Assembly (NCBI GenBank): GCA_964588985.1
Contig: CAZPQW010000020.1
Location: 1-50,836, forward strand
Reading direction: 5' to 3'
DNA length: 50,836 nt
DNA from: an uncultured Solirubrobacteraceae bacterium
Lineage (GTDB): Bacteria; Actinomycetota; Thermoleophilia; Solirubrobacterales; Solirubrobacteraceae
A model generated the notes under the pieces. The model worked only from the letters and a program-made list of their open reading frames with translations, was not told where the DNA came from and made no database searches. Position numbers and translations under genes: made by a program. The number at the start of each line of letters is the position of its first letter. Position 1 is the first letter of the stretch. Shown here one piece after another: positions 44,846 to 50,836 of the stretch.

Positions 44846-46651
44846 ATGTGCGCGGTCCGCCGTGCGCGCCGGCTGGCTTCACGCCGACGGCGGATGCACA
44901 GGGCGGCATTGGCTGTGGCGCTGGCGCTCGGCGCCGCACTGGCCGCAGCCCCCTCGGCTCTGGCCCATGCCCAGCTGCTCGGCACCTCGCCTGCCTCGGG
45001 TGCAACCGTCGCTACACAGCCGAAGGAGGTGATCTTCGAGTTCAACCAGAACGTCGGAGGCACCCTCGGAGCAGTGCGCGTCTACAACGCCGCGGGCGAG
45101 GAGGTGGACGACCTCGCCGTCTCGCACCCGCAGGGAAACGAGCACTGGATGGGCGTGGGGCTCAGGCCTGCGCTCCCGGACGGCACGTACACCGCTACCT
45201 ACCGTGTGGTCTCGGCCGACACCCACATCGTCTACGGCGGCCTCGTGTTCGATATCGGACACGCCGAGGCGGCCCCGAAGTTCACCGTCGCCGGGCTGAT
45301 CGGCCGCAACGAGAGCGGCAAGGTGACCGAGGTCGCGTTCGGTGTGGTGCGCAGCCTTGACTATCTGACGATCGCTCTGCTGCTGGGCGGCCTGGCGTTC
45401 GTGTTCCTCGCGTGGCGCCCGGGGTTCGAGGCGGTCGCGGGAGACGGGCCAGAGTGGGATGCCGCGGCTCGCGTCTTCGACCGGCGCATGCGGTGGGTGC
45501 TCGGCGTGGCGGTCGCGCTCGGCGCGCTCGTGAGCGTCCTCGGGATCCTCCTGCAGGGCGCAAGCGCCGCGGGAGTCTCGCTGTGGAGCTCACTCAAAGC
45601 GACGGTCGTGGAAAGCACGCTCGAAAGCAGGTTCGGGGAGGCCTGGGGTTTGCGGGCGCTCGACTGGATGCTGCTCGGTGTTCTGCTCACGCTTGCCGCG
45701 ACCCGGACGGCGGCGGGCACCGTGAAGCTCCTCGCGCCGCCGCGCTGGCTGCTCGCGACGATCGTGCTCGCAGCGCTGTATCTGGCCGTCGCACCCGCCC
45801 TCAGCGGTCATGCGAGCGTTCAGAGCCCGACAGCCGTGTTCTTCCCTTCAGACGTGCTGCACGTGCTGGCGGCGAGCGTGTGGGTGGGCGGTATCGCGTG
45901 CCTGCTGTTCGCTCTCCCGGCCGCGACCGGCCAGCTCGTGGGGACAGATCGCAGCCGGCTGCTGCTCTCCACGCTGACGCGCTTCTCGCCGCTGGCGCTC
46001 GCCGCCGTGATCGTGATCGCGCTGAGCGGCGTCGTGCAGGCGTACATCGACGTGCGCACACTCCACGGCCTGCTGCACAGCACCTACGGCGCGCTGATCC
46101 TCGTCAAGACGGTCCTGCTGCTCGCGTTGATCGGCCTCGGCTGGGTCAACCGCGAGCGCATCATCCCCGCGCTCGGGCGGATCGTCGGGGCCGGCGCCTC
46201 GCCGGGCGAGACCGGGGTCCTCGCACGGCGCACGATGCGCGGTGAGCTCGCGCTGATGCTCGCCGTCTTCGGCGTCACGGCAGCACTGATCACCTACGCG
46301 CCGCCCATCGACGCCGCCTCCGGGCCCTTCTCGGCGAACACGACCATCGGCCCCGCGGAGCTCGAGATCACGGTGGAACCGGCGAAGGTCGGGCTGAACA
46401 CCGCCCACCTCTACCTGATCGACGCCAAGACCGGCGCGCAGTTCACGGCGGTGAAGGAACTGACGGCGACCGCGCGGCTCCCGTCGAAGGGCATCGGCCC
46501 GCTGCATCTGCACGCGACGGTGGCGGGGCCCGGCCACTACATCCTCAGCTCCGCGGTCCTCAGCCCGGGGGGAACGTGGGAGATCCAGGTCGTCGCGCGC
46601 GTATCCGAATTCGAATCGTACAGCCGCACCGTGAAGGTCCCGATCGGATGA
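44846..46651 (+). CDS. CopC-CopD fusion (YcnJ-like) copper transport protein with C-terminal extracellular domain
   Basis: ALA|HAQL N-terminal His, YRVVSADTH (DxH), SGHA, HVLAASVWVGG, RFS, YG..ILVK. Confidence 0.9.
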   Translation: MCAVRRARRLASRRRRMHRAALAVALALGAALAAAPSALAHAQLLGTSPASGATVATQPKEVIFEFNQNVGGTLGAVRVYNAAGEEVDDLAVSHPQGNEHWMGVGLRPALPDGTYTATYRVVSADTHIVYGGLVFDIGHAEAAPKFTVAGLIGRNESGKVTEVAFGVVRSLDYLTIALLLGGLAFVFLAWRPGFEAVAGDGPEWDAAARVFDRRMRWVLGVAVALGALVSVLGILLQGASAAGVSLWSSLKATVVESTLESRFGEAWGLRALDWMLLGVLLTLAATRTAAGTVKLLAPPRWLLATIVLAALYLAVAPALSGHASVQSPTAVFFPSDVLHVLAASVWVGGIACLLFALPAATGQLVGTDRSRLLLSTLTRFSPLALAAVIVIALSGVVQAYIDVRTLHGLLHSTYGALILVKTVLLLALIGLGWVNRERIIPALGRIVGAGASPGETGVLARRTMRGELALMLAVFGVTAALITYAPPIDAASGPFSANTTIGPAELEITVEPAKVGLNTAHLYLIDAKTGAQFTAVKELTATARLPSKGIGPLHLHATVAGPGHYILSSAVLSPGGTWEIQVVARVSEFESYSRTVKVPIG

Positions 46652-46706
46652 CGAACCGCCTTGCCTGGCACCGTATCCGTCAAATACTCAGGAGGAAGAT
46701 CCGAAC

Positions 46707-47432
46707 ATGAAAGCCAAGAAGATCGCAGTGCTCTTGGGCACCGGCGCACTGCTCGTACCCGCGACTGCCCAGGCGCACATCAGCCTTCACCCCAACACCA
46801 TCCCAGCGGGCGCCTTTGCGACGCTCGACGTGCGGGTTCCAGGCGAGCAGGAAGGCGCATACGCGACCAAGGTCGCCATGCACTTCCCGTCCGGTTTCAC
46901 GGGCGTGGACACCGCTGACGTGCCCGGCTGGGCCGTGAAGGTGATCGAAACAAAACTCGCCACGCCCATCAAGGAAGGCGCCGAAACGATCGACACGGAG
47001 GTCTCGCAAGTCGTCTGGACCTGGACGGGCCCGCTGGGCAAGGTCGACAACGGGCAGTTCGTCGACTTCCCGCTCTCGATCGCGATGCCCGAACACGTCG
47101 CGGGGCAGTCCCTCCTGTTCCCGGCCGTCGAGACCTACAGCGACGGGCAGGTCGTGCACTGGATCGAATCGGGGCTCACCTCAGAACACCCGGCGCCGAG
47201 GATCAACATGACCGCACCCGGTGGCGTGATTCAGGACGTCGCGGGCCACGAGGCCGGCCCCGCGCCGGGGCAGACCGGCTCGAGCCAGGCCTCGACCAAC
47301 GTGGCGGCCGTGAAACCCAGCAGCGGCGCCAGCAAAGGCCTCGGCATCGCCGCGCTGATCCTCGGCGCACTCGGCCTGATCGCCGGCCTTGGCGCGTTCG
47401 CCAGCTCCCGTCGCGGCAAGGCCGCGGCGTAG
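46707..47432 (+). CDS. ycnI: YcnI-family (DUF1775) copper-binding protein
   Basis: AGGAGG RBS; AQA|HISL, RVPGE, VPGW, YSDGQVVHW; C-terminal TM helix. Confidence 0.9.
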   Translation: MKAKKIAVLLGTGALLVPATAQAHISLHPNTIPAGAFATLDVRVPGEQEGAYATKVAMHFPSGFTGVDTADVPGWAVKVIETKLATPIKEGAETIDTEVSQVVWTWTGPLGKVDNGQFVDFPLSIAMPEHVAGQSLLFPAVETYSDGQVVHWIESGLTSEHPAPRINMTAPGGVIQDVAGHEAGPAPGQTGSSQASTNVAAVKPSSGASKGLGIAALILGALGLIAGLGAFASSRRGKAAA

Positions 47433-47715
47433 CCCAAGGGGCGTCCGGGCATGTCCGCCAGGCCTTCGCAAAACGCCCCGACCGCATCGCTCAGCCGACT
47501 CCGGAGTCCTTATCGCGTTGCTGTCCCGCTTTAGCGCGTCTCGTCGGAGTGGAAGAGCAAGGCAGGTCTCTCAGAAAGGCGTGGTTTTATGCCCTCGGAC
47601 GTCGCGTTTCCCGAACACCAGCAGGATCCCTGGTCGGCCATTGGTGCGAGTGTGCGAATCACGCGTGTCACCATGCCCGCTCAGCGACCCTTGAGCGCGT
47701 AAGGGCTTTCGCGCA

Positions 47716-48411
47716 ATGGCTTACAGAAAGGAGTTCCTGCTCGCCCGTGCGGAGATGGTTGAGTGGGTGGCGCGTATCGGCGCTGTCACCGCGGACGCGT
47801 TCGCCGAGCGTGAACGTTGCAAATTGCAGGCAGCGCGCGGACGCTTGCAGGCAGCTGCGAAAGCTGGGCTGTTGTCGAGCTCGCGTCCTCTGCAGGGTCG
47901 TCCGGCGATCTATACCGCGACCGCCGCTGGGCTGCGCGCGGCAGATCTGGAGCGTTTGGAGCCTGGTCGTGTGAGCGCCGCGAACGCCGCGCACGCGATC
48001 GCCTGTGCGGAGGTCGCGGTGATGCTCGAACTCGCATACCCCGACTACCGCGTGACGGGCGAGCGCTGGCTGCGAGGCGAAGAAACCGATGGCACGCCGC
48101 TTGCGAGCGCGATCCTCGGCCGGCGAGCAGACGGATCGCCGCTGCTGCACAGGCCCGACCTGGTGCTCTGGCCGATGTCGCAGGAGAGCGTCGCGGAAGG
48201 GTATTTGCCTATCGCGGTCGAGGTCGAGCTGACCGTCAAGGCGCCGGGCAGGCTGCTGGAGATCTGTCGCGCGTGGGCACGCTGCGACTGCGTCGAGGCC
48301 GCGGTCTACTTCGCCGCACCCGAGGTACTCCGGCCGCTTCGACGGGCAATCACGAAGGCACACGCCGACGAGCGGATCGTGGTGCTCGAGCTGAAGGCAT
48401 CCCACGCCTGA
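47716..48411 (+). CDS. Replication-relaxation (Replic_Relax)-like PD-(D/E)XK protein
   Basis: wHTH N-terminus, HAIAC, HRPDL, AVEVELTVK. Confidence 0.72.
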   Translation: MAYRKEFLLARAEMVEWVARIGAVTADAFAERERCKLQAARGRLQAAAKAGLLSSSRPLQGRPAIYTATAAGLRAADLERLEPGRVSAANAAHAIACAEVAVMLELAYPDYRVTGERWLRGEETDGTPLASAILGRRADGSPLLHRPDLVLWPMSQESVAEGYLPIAVEVELTVKAPGRLLEICRAWARCDCVEAAVYFAAPEVLRPLRRAITKAHADERIVVLELKASHA

Positions 48412-48451
48412 GATGATGATCACGTTCTTGCACCCACGCGCTCGCGCGAGA

Positions 48452-48503
48452 TGCGGGCGGGGAGACTCGAACTCCCAAGGGCTTTCGCCCACCGGCTCCT
48501 AAG
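48452..48503 (-). repeat. att site: 3' part of tRNA-Leu (TAG), anticodon loop to acceptor end
   Basis: CTTAGGA...GGGCGAAAGCCC long variable arm, GAGTTCGAGTCTC T-arm, CGCCCGCA end; no 5' half present. Confidence 0.88.
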
Positions 48504-48588
48504 TTCTGCACTTCTCTTGAGAATAGGCGCGGAATATGGCTTGTATAACGGGATCGCACGGACTAGGTACAATACGTCTCGACTGATT

Positions 48589-48610
48589 GGGGACACGCGG
48601 GGGACACGCG
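48589..48610 (+). repeat. Tandem GGGGACACGCG x2, putative arm-type sites
   Basis: Exact 11-bp tandem repeat between the att fragment and the integrase start. Confidence 0.7.
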
Positions 48611-48643
48611 CAAGTCCAGGCCGAGACGACCAAAAGCGAGCAC

Positions 48644-49861
48644 ATGAGTAGCCAGCGTAGACCCACCGGCCACGTCTTTGTCGTTGAGAGGCAGTCAGGG
48701 CGAGTGTGGTTCGCCAAGTGGCGCGACGGCGCAGGACAGCATCAGAAGCGACTCGGGCGAGCGTGGGTCAAGCCACACGGTCAGACCGCACGCGGCGCTC
48801 CTCGGTGGCGCGCAGCCGACGGCCCGAAGCCCGCAGGCTTTCTGACGCCTGATGATGCGCGCGACGAGTTGCACGTGTTGCTCACTGAAGCGCCGAGGGA
48901 ACGACAGGCCCAAGCGTCGCAGCAACGGATCACTGTCCGCCAGGCCGCCGATGAGTGGCTTCGCTACGAGGAGCACGAGGCGAAGGTGAAGCGATCGACG
49001 GTCATGGACTACAAGAACTGCGCGGACCGCATCTGCCAGCACTTCGGCGACATGGCATTGGAGGACGTGACGCCACAGGAGATCGAGCGCTGGAAGGCGG
49101 GCTTCCGCGCGGAGCGGCGTCTCGGCGACGGCAAGCTGCGGAGGACCCCACCGTCACCGCGCACCATCCGCAAGTACCTCATCAACTTCAACGGGATCTA
49201 CAAGCGGGCACGCGAGGTCTACGGGATCACGGTCAATCCCGTCACGGAGGTCAAGCGCCCCGGCCGTGTCAAGGCCAAGCAGACGCTCGGCAGCAACTCC
49301 TTTCTCGAGCCAGCCGAGGTCCACGCGCTCCTCGCGGCCGTGACCAACGACACCGACCGAGCCATCTTCGCCACGGCAGCCTTCTGCGGCCTTCGGCTCG
49401 GCGAGCTGCTCGCGCTTCGCTGGCGGGCGATCGACTTCAAGCGGAGCCTCATCAGCGTCGAGGCAAGTTTCACGCGCGGCCGAGAGGGCACGCCCAAGTC
49501 CGGTGACGGCCGCACCGTGCCAATGGCGCCAGAGGTCGCCAACTCGCTTGCTGCGCTTCGCGAGCGGCAGCACTACTTGGCGCCGCGCGACCTTGTGTTC
49601 ATCGGCCGCGGCGCGACACATGTTGATCCCAACGCGCTCCGCAAGCGCTTCCATCTAGCACTGGAGCAGGCCGACCTGCCACGAGTGCGCCTACACGACC
49701 TGCGCCACACCTTCGGGACCATCATGGTCAGCCGCGTCGATCCGCGCACGCTGCAGCATTGGATGGGCCACGGCAGCATCGAGGTCACTGAGATGTATAT
49801 GGCCTTCCGTGACCGCGCCGAGGATGCCGCGCTCGTGTCGGACGCGTTTCGGGTTCCCTAG
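48644..49861 (+). CDS. Tyrosine recombinase / integrase
   Basis: CGLRLGELLALRW, TPKSG, RLHDLRHTF, WMGH, TEMY. Confidence 0.96.
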   Translation: MSSQRRPTGHVFVVERQSGRVWFAKWRDGAGQHQKRLGRAWVKPHGQTARGAPRWRAADGPKPAGFLTPDDARDELHVLLTEAPRERQAQASQQRITVRQAADEWLRYEEHEAKVKRSTVMDYKNCADRICQHFGDMALEDVTPQEIERWKAGFRAERRLGDGKLRRTPPSPRTIRKYLINFNGIYKRAREVYGITVNPVTEVKRPGRVKAKQTLGSNSFLEPAEVHALLAAVTNDTDRAIFATAAFCGLRLGELLALRWRAIDFKRSLISVEASFTRGREGTPKSGDGRTVPMAPEVANSLAALRERQHYLAPRDLVFIGRGATHVDPNALRKRFHLALEQADLPRVRLHDLRHTFGTIMVSRVDPRTLQHWMGHGSIEVTEMYMAFRDRAEDAALVSDAFRVP

Positions 49862-50011
49862 CTAGCGGAGAGTGGCGCCACGCGCAGGCCGAGCGATACA
49901 AGCGCAAGATCGAACTCGACTGGCTGTTGAGCTGCACCACTGATGCTCCTCTCCGCCGTATACTCAGGAACGACGATTGAGCACCGTAGCTGAAACCACT
50001 TTAGGAACCAT

Positions 50012-50272
50012 ATGCGCAATCAAGACACACACCTCATCACCCTTGGACAGACCGTCCGTTGGCTATGCGAGCAGCGTGGCATGAGTCTAAGCAGGCTCGC
50101 AGAGACATCCGGAATCGACATGGATGCATTGGAGGCTGGAACAGTCGATCCAACCTACTGCCAATTGATGGCGCTAGGGGACTCGCTCGGCGTTCCACTC
50201 TCGACGCTAGTCGAGCAAGCCAACTCCTATAGAGCCGTCCTTTCACCCGCTTTCCAGGCGAGCGGCAGTTGA
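50012..50272 (+). CDS. XRE-family HTH regulator (possibly degenerate)
   Basis: LGQTVR...RGMSLSRLAETSG...LEAG..DPT...LGVPLSTL; HTH appears shortened. Confidence 0.7.
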   Translation: MRNQDTHLITLGQTVRWLCEQRGMSLSRLAETSGIDMDALEAGTVDPTYCQLMALGDSLGVPLSTLVEQANSYRAVLSPAFQASGS

Positions 50273-50321
50273 GGGCCTCGCCCATAACCCTCAACGCCGC
50301 TTAGCCTTCGGGCCTTACTAA

Positions 50322-50836
50322 CTACGAAAACGCGTTACTGGCCACCACGGCCGAGTGCCATGCCCCTGATTCAGCCCAAACCTGCACCAGTGACTGGCCT
50401 GTCCCTTGCACCATGATTTCGAACTTTCCGTTCAGCTTATCGGCTTTTGGATTGGAAAACGTCGTGTTTTCGCCCTCGACCTGGAATTTATGCCATGAAC
50501 CAGATTCCGGCCAAACCTGCCACAGCGAGTGGCTAGGTCCCTGAACCCAGACTTCGAACTTCCCTTCAATATCCTGCGCGACCGGATTCGAAAACGTCGT
50601 GTTTTCGCCCTCGACCTGATTTTTGTGCCATTCGCCGTTAGCGGGCCACACCTGCCACAGCGAGTGTTTGGGACCCTGAATCCAGACTTCAAACTTCCCT
50701 TCAATATCCTGAGCCTGCACAGCCGTTGAGTAGGTTGTGTTTTCGCCCTCGACCTGGTTCTTGTGCCATTCGCCATTAGCTGGCCAAACCTGCCACAGCG
50801 AGTGGCTAGGTCCCTGAACCCAGACTTCGAACTTCC
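50322..50836 (-). CDS. C-terminal part of a Trp-rich tandem-repeat (lectin-like beta-propeller) protein
   Basis: Frame open to the window edge; about 4 repeats of 45-46 aa KFEVWxQGPxHSLWQVWPxxGxWHKxQVEGENTT. Confidence 0.85.
   Translation of the reverse strand, partial: KFEVWVQGPSHSLWQVWPANGEWHKNQVEGENTTYSTAVQAQDIEGKFEVWIQGPKHSLWQVWPANGEWHKNQVEGENTTFSNPVAQDIEGKFEVWVQGPSHSLWQVWPESGSWHKFQVEGENTTFSNPKADKLNGKFEIMVQGTGQSLVQVWAESGAWHSAVVASNAFS

Larger units (their letters stand above)
48452..50836. mobile_element. Left end of an integrative element targeting tRNA-Leu (continues past the window)
   Basis: tRNA fragment, tandem 11-bp repeat, adjacent integrase, XRE gene, AT-richer cargo. Confidence 0.8.

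Noticed and set aside
47433-47715. Riboswitch or ncRNA in the intergenic region (GGGGCGT...ACGCCCC stem)
   Set aside because: A 7-bp stem with a long loop is unremarkable at this GC content and I recognise no family consensus; an Infernal/Rfam search would settle it
48452-48540. Complete tRNA-Leu gene
   Set aside because: No D-arm or 5' acceptor strand upstream of the anticodon loop on the minus strand
48541-48573. Integrase promoter TTGTAT...TACAAT
   Set aside because: The 21-nt spacer is too long for a sigma-70 pair; the -10 alone is insufficient support
50322-50836. CRISPR array or frameshifted gene in the terminal repeats
   Set aside because: Repeats are 135-138 bp, have no spacers and translate in one continuous frame to the window edge

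Overview
High-GC actinobacterial DNA. The secreted-protein families and integrase types suggest Solirubrobacterales/Thermoleophilia (inference). Core-like genes include aldehyde dehydrogenase, SDR, VOC protein, an orphan DNA methyltransferase, GH79, DsbA-VKOR, PAS-GGDEF-EAL, rpiA, cysteine dioxygenase and three tRNAs (His, Arg, Trp). Several accessory regions are interleaved. (1) A more AT-rich cluster of uncharacterised secreted proteins (about 1.9-11.3 kb) with a 115-bp duplication of the VOC gene start. (2) A 10.9-kb integrative element at tRNA-Trp (25580-36581). It carries a translationally coupled metallophosphoesterase / ORC-CDC6-like ATPase / tandem CARF-like operon plus an adenine methyltransferase, which is my best candidate for an undescribed defence system. 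It also carries a HEPN protein and a tyrosine integrase, and sits next to the apparent remnant of an older related element with HipBA and an AbiE-like pair. (3) A PilV/W/X-like minor pilin triplet behind a sigma-28-like promoter. (4) A copper-handling cluster bracketed by an integrase relic (41379-41474) and a tRNA-Leu att fragment. (5) The start of a second integrative element that runs off the right edge. No CRISPR array or rRNA was seen. All family calls come from reading motifs by eye; no database search was run.
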